DNA of 64,000 bases from Patescibacteria group bacterium. GTDB taxonomy: Bacteria > Patescibacteriota > Minisyncoccia > Moranbacterales > DUUL01. The stretch is from positions 11,966 to 75,965 of the forward strand of contig JAYEFY010000020.1 in NCBI GenBank assembly GCA_034658815.1, in the 5' to 3' direction. Numbering within the stretch: the first letter of the stretch is position 1; each line of letters begins with the position of its first letter. Below the pieces are notes generated by a model. The model worked only from the letters and a program-made list of their open reading frames with translations. It had not been told where the DNA came from and made no database searches. Position numbers and translations under genes: made by a program. Shown one piece after another: positions 1 through 9,498 of this stretch.

Positions 1-1155
1 TCCCCTTCTCCGCCTTTCATCCGAATTAATGGCAATAGATTTCATTGTTCTTGCCAGATCGTCAACATTTCCCTGTTCAAATATAAAACCGCGAGAGCCG
101 TTTCCAACCATTTCTTTCGCGCCGCCTTTATCTGAACAAAGCACAGCCTTGCCAAGACTCATTGCTTCGAGCACGCTATACGGGGCATTTTCATAACATT
201 TTGAAGGACTGACAACGCACAGCGCGTTTTTCTGTAAACTAATGATCTGTTCATTCGACGATCCTCTGAATGAGATGAAACGCATTTTTTCGATTACGCT
301 CTCATTTCGCGCCAGCTTTTCCATGGATTTTCGCAACGGTCCATCACCGAGAACAAGTAATTTTTCTTTTACGCCGCACCTCGCGTAAGCTTTGATAAGA
401 TCATCGATCCCTTTCTCTTGTGTCAGTTGCCCGTAGAATAAAAAATATTTTCCCTTATCGTCTATTTCGGCTGATTCGTCCGGCTTTGAAATATTCAGCA
501 ACGGATTCGGCAACAGATGAATTTTTCTTTTAAATCCGAATTCTTTCGCCTTGTGGGCATAAAAAATGCTTGGCGCGGTGAAAACATCCACTTTATCGTA
601 CGTTCCCAAAAATTGATGCAAGTACGCTTCTACCATGCAAACAAAACTTTTCCAATATGAATCTTTTACACATTTGTCAATAACGCATTCATAATATCGG
701 TGATGCCTGCAGCGATCATATACTTTTCCCCGGCAATAAAGATCATAATTAGGAGAAACGATCTTGAAGTCATGAAGCGTCATTATGATCGGAATGTTAT
801 GGCGTTTCAGTTCATCAATGACCGATGGACTTAAATGATGATAAATATTGTGCAGATGGGCAATGTCAGGCTTAAATTCAGCCAGCAACGCGCGTAATTT
901 TTTTCTGGTTTCGAAGTTATACCAAATCCGGAAAACAACGCATATCTTTTTGAAAAATGAATATCTTGAGGAATCGCTCAGGTCATTGTATTTTACAAAG
1001 AAACGCTCCCACGGAGAAAAAATATTGTCTTTGCCAATCGTCGAAAAATGAGCAACCTCATGTCCGTTTCGCTCAAGAACTGAGATCGCGTCAAAATAAG
1101 CGCGGGTTGCGCCTCCTTTTAAAAAATGATTATTGTTGATCATCAACACTTTCAT
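1..1155 (-). CDS. Glycosyltransferase family 4 (GT-B), runs off the left edge
   Basis: Translated by hand (absent from ORF track because there is no stop in the window): MKVLMINNNHFLKGGATRAYF...GHEVAHFS; C-terminal part has YENAPYSVLEAMSLGKAV, the E-x7-E GT4 motif. Confidence 0.9.
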   Translation of the reverse strand, partial: MKVLMINNNHFLKGGATRAYFDAISVLERNGHEVAHFSTIGKDNIFSPWERFFVKYNDLSDSSRYSFFKKICVVFRIWYNFETRKKLRALLAEFKPDIAHLHNIYHHLSPSVIDELKRHNIPIIMTLHDFKIVSPNYDLYCRGKVYDRCRHHRYYECVIDKCVKDSYWKSFVCMVEAYLHQFLGTYDKVDVFTAPSIFYAHKAKEFGFKRKIHLLPNPLLNISKPDESAEIDDKGKYFLFYGQLTQEKGIDDLIKAYARCGVKEKLLVLGDGPLRKSMEKLARNESVIEKMRFISFRGSSNEQIISLQKNALCVVSPSKCYENAPYSVLEAMSLGKAVLCSDKGGAKEMVGNGSRGFIFEQGNVDDLARTMKSIAINSDERRRRG

Positions 1156-1260
1156 TGAAGCATTCGGGAACAGTCCCGCTTGATAAAAAGTAAAATATGG
1201 TATATTATTACTTGTCGATTCAAAACAGTGAATTCTAAACTGTATCGAAATTCTTTCATT

Positions 1261-2598
1261 ATGTCAATAGAAAAACAGCACATAAACGCATATGTTCTGA
1301 TCGGGGTGGTTGTGATCGCCGCTTTTGTTATTCCGTTTATTGATCTGCCGCCGCTCTTGATGACCGCGGCGCTGGTTATTCTTTTCACGGCAATTGTTTT
1401 TTCCGTTAGTCCGTTAATGGGCCTTTTATTATTACTTATCATTCGTCCGATATTGGACTACTTCACAAACGATGCCTTACTGGAGATTGGTTCGATAACG
1501 GTGAACGTCGCCGTTTTACTCAGCATAGTCGTATTAATAGCCGGGGGATCTCTGCTTCTTAAGAATTGGAAACGAATCAGATCAATTCCTTTGATCTGGC
1601 AATGGAGCGTTTTTCTGTTTTTTGTTTGTTTATCGCTGTTTAATTCAGTCAACTTGAGCGTGAGCATCTCTGAGATAGCCAGAATTCTTACTATCGTGTC
1701 ATTGTTTTTTCTTGGATATTTTATTATCAATTCGACAACAAGATTGCAGTTGCTCGTCAATGTACTTTTAATATCCGCGATTATCCCCGTGCTAGCCGCA
1801 TTCGCGCAATTCTCAAACAATTCCGGATTAAGCCTTTCTTTTGAAGATGTTTCAAATAGACTTTTTGGAACTTTTTCGCATCCCAATCTTTTTGCTTTTT
1901 ACCTTGTATTCATTCTTGGATTGCTTTTATATAAATTTCTGCGAAAGAAAAAAAACGATCAGAAATTGTTTTGGCTGATCGGTATTGGAACTCTTTTATT
2001 TCTATTGATACAAACTTATACACGCGGCGCGTGGATCGCGTTTGTAATAATTGTACTTATCGCCGGTACATTCCAATACAGAAAAATGCTGGTGTTAAGT
2101 ATTGGAATATTCGTAGCTCTTTACGCTTTATTCAGTCCGATACAGGAACGTATCAATTCATCGCTTTCCAGCGATCAGTCAAGTTCTGTTCAATGGCGTT
2201 ATATAATGTGGCAAGACAGCATTGAATACGCAAAAGAAAGGCCTATTCTTGGTTTTGGCGCCGGAACAACTGAGATGGTCATTAAGTCAAAGCGTGGAAA
2301 AGAATTTGAATCCAACGCGGCGCACAACGATCTTATAAAGATCGCTCTTGAATACGGCATCGGCGGATTGGCATCGTTTGTTGTTCTTCTCGGATCGCTT
2401 TTGGCTTATAGCGTAAATATTTTCCGCCGCTTAAATAAAGCAAGTACGAGTAGAACACTCGTACTTGCTTTCTTGGCAATATCCGCTTCTCTCATTGTCT
2501 CAAGTTTGTTTGATAACATTATTGATACAACGGCTCTGCAATGGATCTGGTGGACTTTAGCCGGAAGCATTTTTAGTGTATTTCCGCCAAAAAAATAA
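1261..2598 (+). CDS. O-antigen ligase/Wzy-like polymerase family membrane protein
   Basis: Many TM helices; GTFSHPNLFA, TYTRGAWI, RPILGFGAG and AHNDLIKIALEYGIGG motifs; ATG 1261 preferred over TTG 1180. Confidence 0.88.
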   Translation: MSIEKQHINAYVLIGVVVIAAFVIPFIDLPPLLMTAALVILFTAIVFSVSPLMGLLLLLIIRPILDYFTNDALLEIGSITVNVAVLLSIVVLIAGGSLLLKNWKRIRSIPLIWQWSVFLFFVCLSLFNSVNLSVSISEIARILTIVSLFFLGYFIINSTTRLQLLVNVLLISAIIPVLAAFAQFSNNSGLSLSFEDVSNRLFGTFSHPNLFAFYLVFILGLLLYKFLRKKKNDQKLFWLIGIGTLLFLLIQTYTRGAWIAFVIIVLIAGTFQYRKMLVLSIGIFVALYALFSPIQERINSSLSSDQSSSVQWRYIMWQDSIEYAKERPILGFGAGTTEMVIKSKRGKEFESNAAHNDLIKIALEYGIGGLASFVVLLGSLLAYSVNIFRRLNKASTSRTLVLAFLAISASLIVSSLFDNIIDTTALQWIWWTLAGSIFSVFPPKK

Positions 2599-2616
2599 CT
2601 TTTTTTTTTATCCGAT

Positions 2617-3675
2617 TCAACGCGTTTGAATAATATTTCGAATATGTTTCGCTTTCTTTTTTGTTTTCAATAGTAATGACCACCATTTCATGACCAATCC
2701 GGATCTTGAATAATAGACATTGTATTGTGTAACGCGGCCATCGGCAAATTGCCGTTTGAGATCATTGTCACCAACAGAAAAATCCAATAATCGAACATTG
2801 TTATCTTGGAAATATTCCAGACAATAATAAAGCAGCATTTTACCGGGTCCAAGATGGCGAAACGCGTTATCGAACGCGATATGAACGGACAAAAACACAT
2901 CGTGACAGAAATAACCGAACCTATGGGCGATTGGAGCTCCGTCATAGTACAAAAAGGCTATGCCAACCATTTCAGGCGCGTTTTGTATGATCGATCTGTA
3001 TAAATTCCGAATATCCCGCCTGCTGAAAATAGATATCTTCTTATTTCTTTTATGGCTTTCGTTTTCAATCTTGATCATTGTCCGCAGATGATTTTCGAGA
3101 TCATCTCTATACATTGTAAAAGACAACTTGTCTGAATTTTTTCTCAATCTTTGCTTTAGCGAATTACGCTGTTTCTTCGAAACCTTTCGCAGAATATCAT
3201 CCTCCGGAATTACCATTCTAGGACAATAAGTGGAGAATTCAATTAAGGGCTTTTGCTTTAGTTCTCTGAACAGCTGTATATATTTTTCTTCTATTTCAGC
3301 CAGATAGAGATTATGTCCTGATCCGATCTCATTAAGAATGTCTTGCGCAAGAGTAGTATCATTTGTTCTAAAAAGTAATGCCGAGCGATCAAGAAATTTA
3401 TATTTACTGGAAATGTTGGCAAGAACTTTTACGCCAAATTTTCTCGTCCGTATAAATGGAAGCACCGCGAAAAGCTCGCTTTTTTTGTAACAGAAAAAAA
3501 CTTGGTAGTGATCTACCTTATATGCCTGAATGTAGGACAAGAACCATTTAGGAGAATTGAAAAAATGGGAATCTGGAACAGAATGCCAAAGCGACTCCCA
3601 TTGGCTAATATGCTCTTTGCTCAAATAAGATATCTTTTTGATTGTATACACAAAATTATTGAAAAGAATTAACAT
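2617..3675 (-). CDS. GNAT family acetyltransferase, CelD/BcsL-like (Acetyltransf_6)
   Basis: FFNSPKWF near N-terminus; LGPGKMLLYY...LLDFSVGDNDLKRQF at C-terminus; sits among polysaccharide genes. Confidence 0.8.
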   Translation of the reverse strand: MLILFNNFVYTIKKISYLSKEHISQWESLWHSVPDSHFFNSPKWFLSYIQAYKVDHYQVFFCYKKSELFAVLPFIRTRKFGVKVLANISSKYKFLDRSALLFRTNDTTLAQDILNEIGSGHNLYLAEIEEKYIQLFRELKQKPLIEFSTYCPRMVIPEDDILRKVSKKQRNSLKQRLRKNSDKLSFTMYRDDLENHLRTMIKIENESHKRNKKISIFSRRDIRNLYRSIIQNAPEMVGIAFLYYDGAPIAHRFGYFCHDVFLSVHIAFDNAFRHLGPGKMLLYYCLEYFQDNNVRLLDFSVGDNDLKRQFADGRVTQYNVYYSRSGLVMKWWSLLLKTKKKAKHIRNIIQTR

Positions 3676-3799
3676 ATGTTTATATCATGAATGATCCTCA
3701 ACGTCAAACAAGCGCACTTAAATTCTAATTTTGTACTCGTTATGTGCAGGGGCAGGTCTGCCCGCCCTGCCCGCCGAATTGGAGGGTGACCTCGTTCAT

Positions 3800-3985
3800 T
3801 GTCATCCTGATCCCGCTTTAGCGGGAGAAGGATCCCTTTGCGCTGAAATGTTCCCTGTCTTTGAATTGCATCCTATTCTACGCAAAGCGATTCCTGCCTG
3901 CCGCCTGCCTGCCCTGCCTGCCGGCAGGCAGGCGGCAGGCAGGGCAGGCAGGCTTCAATCCCGAGTACTCGGGACTCAGAATGAC
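3800..3985. mobile_element. Composite REP/MITE-like element (TGTCATCCTGA...TCAGAATGACA) with nested palindromes
   Basis: Imperfect terminal inverted repeats enclose ATCCCGCTTTAGCGGGA, a CCTGCC/GGCAGG palindrome cluster (3894-3952) and ATCCCGAGTACTCGGGA. Confidence 0.7.
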
Positions 3986-4052
3986 AAAAAACAAATGAAC
4001 TGATACGCCCTCCAATACGGTGGACAGGCAAGAACGGACCGGCGCTAAAAAT

Positions 4053-4088
4053 AAAAGGGCAGTGTCTGTTATGACCACTGCCCTTTTT
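4053..4088. terminator. Intrinsic terminator, possibly bidirectional
   Basis: AAAAGGGCAGTG...CACTGCCCTTTTT stem downstream of the 4307-5536 gene. Confidence 0.65.
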
Positions 4089-4139
4089 GAACTATCATGC
4101 ATGATAGAAAAGTGCTTAAGTTTTTTACTCGGCTGTTTT

Positions 4140-4242
4140 CGAAACATGCTGTTTGACTTCCAACAAGACGAAGCTGTGGAGATTTTTCTCCGTAAACTTG
4201 CTATTTTACTTCTGGCAAGAAGAAGCTGGGAGATTTCTCTCC
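4140..4242. repeat. Two imperfect tandem copies of about 51-52 bp
   Basis: 4140-4191 CGAAACATGCTGTTTGACTTCCAACAAGACGAAGCTGTGGAGATTTTTCTCC vs 4192-4242 GTAAACTTGCTATTTTACTTCTGGCAAGAAGAAGCTGGGAGATTTCTCTCC. Confidence 0.7.
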
Positions 4243-4306
4243 ACTAATTCAAAACTTTGTTAAAGAACTTATCTCAACAGCTAGTTCGTTTTCTATTTCT
4301 TTACCG

Positions 4307-5536
4307 CTAGCTGGAAATAAAAGTTTTCTTTTGGCATTCCTTCAACTGCTTTTGGGCAGTTTCAAGTTCAACCTTAAGCTGTTTGATCTGAGCTTTGAGC
4401 TCGGCTTTTTCCTTTTCAAGCCGATCAAACCCGGTTTCGATCTTTTGACCCAGATTATTGAATGCCGCCATTTGCTGCTTGAACATTTCCTTGAGATCGG
4501 CATGCTCAGTAGACAGCAGTTCCTGCTTCGCTTTAAGAATATTAAAGCTGTTCTTGAGTTCTGCGTGTTCGCCCCGCTCAGTCTTTAAGTCACGCTTCAA
4601 ATGAGCTTCTTCATTGACAAAAGTATGGATCGTGTGTTCTGCTCCTTCAAGCTCATTGGTCCTCTCTGCCAATTGCTTTTTCAGATCTTCAATCTGTATC
4701 AGCGAAGCATCAATATTCTGTTTATCCTGCAACGCTTTAGCTACCATTGTGGCGTTTTCACCATTCTCCGGATCAACAGTTTTCTCCGCCAATTGTATAA
4801 ACAGTTCTTGGGCCTTATTGGCAGCCGCGGATTTTTCCGCAATCTGCTTCTTTAGATCAGAATTTGTTTCTTCCAGTTCTCTAATCCGGTTATCTTTAAG
4901 AGAAATCGCCTCTGTTTTCTTTGCAAGAAACCGGCGGGTTTTTTTCAGTTCTCCGCGAAGAGCTATTGTCTCCTTGCCGGCATTCTTAAGAGCTTTCCGG
5001 AGATTATTTACCTCCTGCTGGCTTAAATTATTCGGCTTTCTCTGGTTCTCTTTCGCTTTCTCAAGGCTGAATTTGTACTCGTCCTTGAGATAAATATGCC
5101 GGACAAACACTTTATGTCCGATACCAAGCCTTTTGGCCTCTTCAAAAGTTAGATAATTATCCGCAAGCACTGACTTGGTAAAATCTCGCTTGCAGACCTG
5201 CAAAACAAAATCATAAATGGTCTTGGTTCCGCAGTATCGCGAACCTAACCGAAACCATTCTCCCTCCATAGGCATAGCTATAACGACTTGCCTGCTTGAC
5301 AATGCCGCCTTCGCAGAAGCCGGTACAGTTTTGATTGCCTTTATTGGAACAGCCTCTGCAACAGGTTTTCTGTTAAGATCGGCAACTTTTACGGTTCCGG
5401 CAAAAAGATCCTTGCCATTATTTTGTCCGGCAATTTCGATCTTTTCCAGCCTTTTCGCGTCAATCGCATGCGCGATTGACGTTGTCATGGTCATGCAGAA
5501 AAACATAGCCCCAACAATAACTGCTACTTTTTTCAT
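4307..5536 (-). CDS. Hypothetical exported protein with a long C-terminal coiled coil
   Basis: Signal peptide ending AHA; heptad-rich C-terminal half; AGGAGG SD upstream. Confidence 0.8.
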   Translation of the reverse strand: MKKVAVIVGAMFFCMTMTTSIAHAIDAKRLEKIEIAGQNNGKDLFAGTVKVADLNRKPVAEAVPIKAIKTVPASAKAALSSRQVVIAMPMEGEWFRLGSRYCGTKTIYDFVLQVCKRDFTKSVLADNYLTFEEAKRLGIGHKVFVRHIYLKDEYKFSLEKAKENQRKPNNLSQQEVNNLRKALKNAGKETIALRGELKKTRRFLAKKTEAISLKDNRIRELEETNSDLKKQIAEKSAAANKAQELFIQLAEKTVDPENGENATMVAKALQDKQNIDASLIQIEDLKKQLAERTNELEGAEHTIHTFVNEEAHLKRDLKTERGEHAELKNSFNILKAKQELLSTEHADLKEMFKQQMAAFNNLGQKIETGFDRLEKEKAELKAQIKQLKVELETAQKQLKECQKKTFISS

Positions 5537-5550
5537 GGCTTGATCCTCCT

Positions 5551-6819
5551 CTATTCATTTACTTTCAAAATCTGTATCTCTGTGATTCCGGCTTTTTGAA
5601 CATGTAGCCGTACATTATTGTAGTATGTCTCACGCTTGGTTTCAGCAACTTGCTGTGCCATGGCGTACCAAATTGATGCCAGATAGCCGTGCGTTTCCTT
5701 GGCTCTCTCACCAATTAAGCCGTTCCTCAATGCCTGGGCAAAATTATCCCGCGCGTTAACCAAGGATTGATCTCTTTCCTGTCTATCCTTAGTTTTAGTG
5801 TAAAGGATAAGCCAATCCATTCCATGATCATAACGCAAGTTAGCGTTATTCTGGCATGTATCGGGACATCGCAGAAAGCGCGTGCTTCTTTGCTTAATCT
5901 GCTCGCGTAAAGCTGTCAGATCTTCGTCAACCGGCTGTTCTAACTTTTTTGCCGCGTCATCAAACGCTTTCTGTGGAAGCATCCCCAGAATAAATTTCTG
6001 CGAATCCTTCACGTCAATGGCTGCTACTCGTAAATACGGCAACGTTTTTGTCTGATTGGACCCTTTGTTAATAGCCGCTCCGGGACTTACGTTTATCGCG
6101 CCGGTCCAGCTGTTGGTAAATACTTGTCCAAAAGCAGTGAGCAAACTTAATGCTCCGGCGTTAGTGTCAAACACGCGCCTTGCGCCCCAGCCGGTTACAA
6201 TAATAGCATCGGCGCCTCTATCCATTGCCCACTCGACAACTACCACAGCCAGATCATCCCGATAAACGATCTCATCTTCTGAGTTGAATATAAGGCGACC
6301 GATCATCTTGTATTCACGGCCTTTCTTGGCGATGTAATCACCGGTTTCCGGATCTTTAGTATTGGGATACCCCGGAAAAACTTTGAGTGCATTCGTCGGC
6401 TTAAGCCCGTTAACAAACATTATCGGGCGTTTGTTCATCTTGCGAGCCAACTTTCTATTTTTCCAATATCCCAGTGTCTCCTTATTGGTTGCGTAATATG
6501 CGGCAATGTTTTCCCGAGTGATTGTTTCCGGCATTGAACCAAAGATCTCGTCGGGAGTGGCCTCGTTATATTGTTGTATAGCGAGCTTCCAATATAACGG
6601 TATATCCGGAAGACCGGGAGACATGCCGCTGGCATGGAGCCAACTGCCAACAGATACATTGTCCTTTATGACAGAGTGGTTGCTGTTATCCCACCATAGG
6701 GACTGTTCATTTTCAGTTTCAACTTCAACCGAAACATCCGAGTCAGCATAAGAAACGCCAAAACTCAGGCATACAATCATAAAGAACATCGTCAAAACTC
6801 TAACCTTTTTCGTCTTCAT
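5551..6819 (-). CDS. Hypothetical exported protein (possible YbjQ-like alpha/beta domain plus TPR-like C-terminus)
   Basis: AAGGAG SD before ATG 6819; signal peptide ending SYA; WAMDRGADAIIV segment; helical C-terminus. Confidence 0.75.
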   Translation of the reverse strand: MKTKKVRVLTMFFMIVCLSFGVSYADSDVSVEVETENEQSLWWDNSNHSVIKDNVSVGSWLHASGMSPGLPDIPLYWKLAIQQYNEATPDEIFGSMPETITRENIAAYYATNKETLGYWKNRKLARKMNKRPIMFVNGLKPTNALKVFPGYPNTKDPETGDYIAKKGREYKMIGRLIFNSEDEIVYRDDLAVVVVEWAMDRGADAIIVTGWGARRVFDTNAGALSLLTAFGQVFTNSWTGAINVSPGAAINKGSNQTKTLPYLRVAAIDVKDSQKFILGMLPQKAFDDAAKKLEQPVDEDLTALREQIKQRSTRFLRCPDTCQNNANLRYDHGMDWLILYTKTKDRQERDQSLVNARDNFAQALRNGLIGERAKETHGYLASIWYAMAQQVAETKRETYYNNVRLHVQKAGITEIQILKVNE

Positions 6820-6908
6820 TTTAATCTCCTTTTCCTTTTCAGGATGAAAAAGTTTGCACAACACAATACGCCTATCATTTCTTGTCCGTCACCTCCATTC
6901 CATTCAAT

Positions 6909-7442
6909 TCATTTTCTTATACAGACCAATTCCAAAGTTTCTATCTCATATAGATCCTCTTTGATGCCAATAACGATCTTTGCCTTTACTTTTTTTACGT
7001 TTTTTGATAAAGGCACTTGAAAATAAAAAGTTGAATTTGGCGTGTTACCGCCACTGAATTCAACAGACTTAACATTGCTATCCATTACTAGTGTCTGCGT
7101 TAAGACAAGATTTTTACCTGTCGGGTTGTAAATATCCACTTTGAAGTAAATGTGGATGTCCTCTTTTGAAAGTTTGTATTCTTGCGCCGGATCAATATAC
7201 GCCAGCTCAAGCTCGCTTTCTTTTCCCGATAGTTTCAGCACTCCGTATTCAACGACCAGTCCGAAAAGTGTATTTTCTCGATACACGATCACTCTTCCGG
7301 GAAGCGTTGTAGCCGCCTTGATCTCAACCCCCTGCGATTCAAGATTTTGTTGAAGAATAGATTTTCTCGTTGTTGCGCATCCCGAAAGAATTGCTAAAGA
7401 AAAAACCAGTGCAACTGTAACCTTAACAGTATTCCCGTTCAT
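6909..7442 (-). CDS. Hypothetical lipoprotein
   Basis: Lipobox LSG-C after a hydrophobic stretch; GGAGG SD; beta-rich C-terminus. Confidence 0.8.
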   Translation of the reverse strand: MNGNTVKVTVALVFSLAILSGCATTRKSILQQNLESQGVEIKAATTLPGRVIVYRENTLFGLVVEYGVLKLSGKESELELAYIDPAQEYKLSKEDIHIYFKVDIYNPTGKNLVLTQTLVMDSNVKSVEFSGGNTPNSTFYFQVPLSKNVKKVKAKIVIGIKEDLYEIETLELVCIRK

Positions 7443-7647
7443 AACCGTTCCTCCCTCTCTTTATGTAAGTTTTGCAAGACCCATGTATTACAGAGCAAAA
7501 GCGATTCGTAAATTGTCAAGCTACTGTTTGGGAACAGTCCCTTGAATACCTCCAACCAACGTTCATCAATATTTGATAAACGTTTGTTGGGATATTCTTA
7601 TTGGATAAATGAATCCATCAATATTTAATAAAAATTCTTAACCCGTA

Positions 7648-7676
7648 ACTGTAGCGTATTATTATATTTATGTCAA
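7648..7676 (-). promoter_or_regulatory. Sigma70-type promoter for the lipoprotein-led operon
   Basis: TTGACA-17 nt-TACAGT on the minus strand. Confidence 0.55.
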
Positions 7677-7697
7677 CAGCTATTTTCAAATAGAATG

Positions 7698-7733
7698 AGA
7701 GCCCGAAAACAAATTTTTGCCTTCAGGCTCTCT
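7698..7733 (-). terminator. Putative terminator hairpin after the 7778-8434 gene
   Basis: GAGAGCCCGAA...TTCAGGCTCTC stem. Confidence 0.45.
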
Positions 7734-7777
7734 CTGCTTTGTATTTACTTGAACTCAGCTACTACAGCCATGTTAAG

Positions 7778-8434
7778 CTAACCATCGCCTTTGAGTTCAA
7801 CATAACCTCTCTGTCCGGAGTAGGATGAAGTAAATCCGGTTCCTCCCGGCAGGTCCAATTCTTGGAAATGTCCCGTTTCGGTAATCACTTCAGAAGTGTA
7901 CTCTGCGGTTCCGCCGTGAACGCAAAGACTGGCATCCATTTCCAAAGAGCCGGAATTCTCCGAGCCCGTGATAATGTCATTACCGCAGGGCGGATAATCA
8001 GCGTAAACTACCGTTTTTGAGCTGAACTCATTGTCGCCGGAGATCCAGGCATCTGCGTCGTTTCCGGAAATATCTATATTCGCGTTCTGCGCCGCCTGAT
8101 GACGGTTAAACACCTCGCCGCCGGGAATAGTGTTTGTCAAGTCCATTCCTTCAGCCTGCATGGTTGTCGAGGAATACTCCCCATAACCGCCGCTACCGGT
8201 GATGGCACCCCAGTTATTGACGTGCTGGCCGCCGCTGTTCTCGAAAACACCGCCGCTGGTCAGCTCACCTTTGGCAAAGTCTTGCCATTGATGCTGGTCA
8301 TTCCCTCCGCCAACCCAGATATCTTCACAACTGGGATCAGGTGGAGGTGGATCATCACAACCTATAACAATTGGCGCAATTGGCGCTATTGCCATAAAAG
8401 CAAAAATCATTACAAATACAACAAATTTTTTCAT
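7778..8434 (-). CDS. Hypothetical exported acidic Gly/Ser/Asn/Thr-rich protein
   Basis: GGGAG SD before ATG 8434 (MKKFVVFVMIFAFMAIAP...); mature part CDDPPPPDPSC followed by G/S/N/D/E-rich sequence. Confidence 0.8.
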   Translation of the reverse strand: MKKFVVFVMIFAFMAIAPIAPIVIGCDDPPPPDPSCEDIWVGGGNDQHQWQDFAKGELTSGGVFENSGGQHVNNWGAITGSGGYGEYSSTTMQAEGMDLTNTIPGGEVFNRHQAAQNANIDISGNDADAWISGDNEFSSKTVVYADYPPCGNDIITGSENSGSLEMDASLCVHGGTAEYTSEVITETGHFQELDLPGGTGFTSSYSGQRGYVELKGDG

Positions 8435-8626
8435 GATTTGTTTCTCCCTTTCTTTAGGTTCACAAAAAAACAACAGCCATAACAATTTGCGCGTTCGCGA
8501 CGCTTGAAAATCACCTCCTTTCAGCGAACAAAAGACCTTAAAGAACTGAATATATATTTTGATACCATATACCAAAAATACCGGGGAGTCAAGAACAAAT
8601 AATAATTTATTCTCAGTGCAAAATAC

Positions 8627-8728
8627 TTAGAACTTGTTTGAAAACCCTCTTCCGTCGCGATCTTGCCTCGACGGGGCAGCTAAAATTTGGAAATTGCGGC
8701 AAGATATAGGGTTTTCAAACAGGCTCTA
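8627..8728. mobile_element. MITE, family B
   Basis: TAGAACTTGTTTGAAAACCCT...AGGGTTTTCAAACAGGCTCTA; homologous to 12640-12763. Confidence 0.8.
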
Positions 8729-8735
8729 AGGAATA

Positions 8736-9443
8736 TTAATCATTTTCACCATGTATTGCACTGTGCATAGAATCGACTGGCATTTTGCTATTACTGTTTT
8801 TTTGCTTCTTTTCTAACCTTTCCTCGAAAAATTTTAAATCGTGTTCACTTCCTGGATATAAATTAATATATAAAAGAGAAACGGCCAACCCGAACAATAT
8901 TGCAATAGTAAAATTTAGCCGAATATCCGGCATTGTTTTTGAAACAATGGGAGAGTCAATAACTTTGATCGAAACAAGATCTCCGCTCCCATGGAAAACG
9001 GACTGTTTGGCAATAAGCGTTTGATGTATTCCGTCCGCAATTTTTTTTGCCTGCTCTTTACTTGGATGAGTAACTTTGATTTTAATAATGCCGGTATCAC
9101 CGACTACCTTTGTGTCAACCGTTCTTTGCCATATTTCGACAGTCTTATCTTGACTCGGACTTTTCTTAAAATATTCTCTGTCGATCTCAAATCCCGTATT
9201 TATAACCTCATTGCAAAATGAGTTCATTCTAATTACTTCTGAAAATACCGTACTTAAATATGTACTGGAACGGGACATTGTATAAGGATCAGTGTCATTG
9301 GAAAACTGCTGTACAACAAGTATCTTAGAATACGCGCTGTAGCGCGTTGGATGAATAAAAGTAATGGTTGTCGCGATAAGTAGAAATATAGCAACAATAA
9401 CTCCGATTGTTTGTTTCTTCTGCAATATTTTCGAAAAGTTCAT
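8736..9443 (-). CDS. Wzz/YveK-like polysaccharide chain-length determinant
   Basis: TM-PTRYSAYSKILV, periplasmic region, VIDSP, second TM. Confidence 0.8.
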   Translation of the reverse strand: MNFSKILQKKQTIGVIVAIFLLIATTITFIHPTRYSAYSKILVVQQFSNDTDPYTMSRSSTYLSTVFSEVIRMNSFCNEVINTGFEIDREYFKKSPSQDKTVEIWQRTVDTKVVGDTGIIKIKVTHPSKEQAKKIADGIHQTLIAKQSVFHGSGDLVSIKVIDSPIVSKTMPDIRLNFTIAILFGLAVSLLYINLYPGSEHDLKFFEERLEKKQKNSNSKMPVDSMHSAIHGEND

Positions 9444-9464
9444 TGAATATAATTAGCAATTTAT

Positions 9465-9498
9465 GGGACTATTGTCAAGCCAGCTTGGCAATAGTCCC
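9465..9498. repeat. Minimal family-A inverted-repeat element (34-bp palindrome)
   Basis: GGGACTATTGTCAAGC-CA-GCTTGGCAATAGTCCC, 15/16 arm match; abuts the stop codon of the 9499 gene. Confidence 0.85.

Noticed and set aside
3731-4247. ORFs 3731-4003, 3878-4147 and 4020-4247
   Set aside because: They run through palindromic repeats and a terminator; LPAGRQ-type peptides are repeat translations
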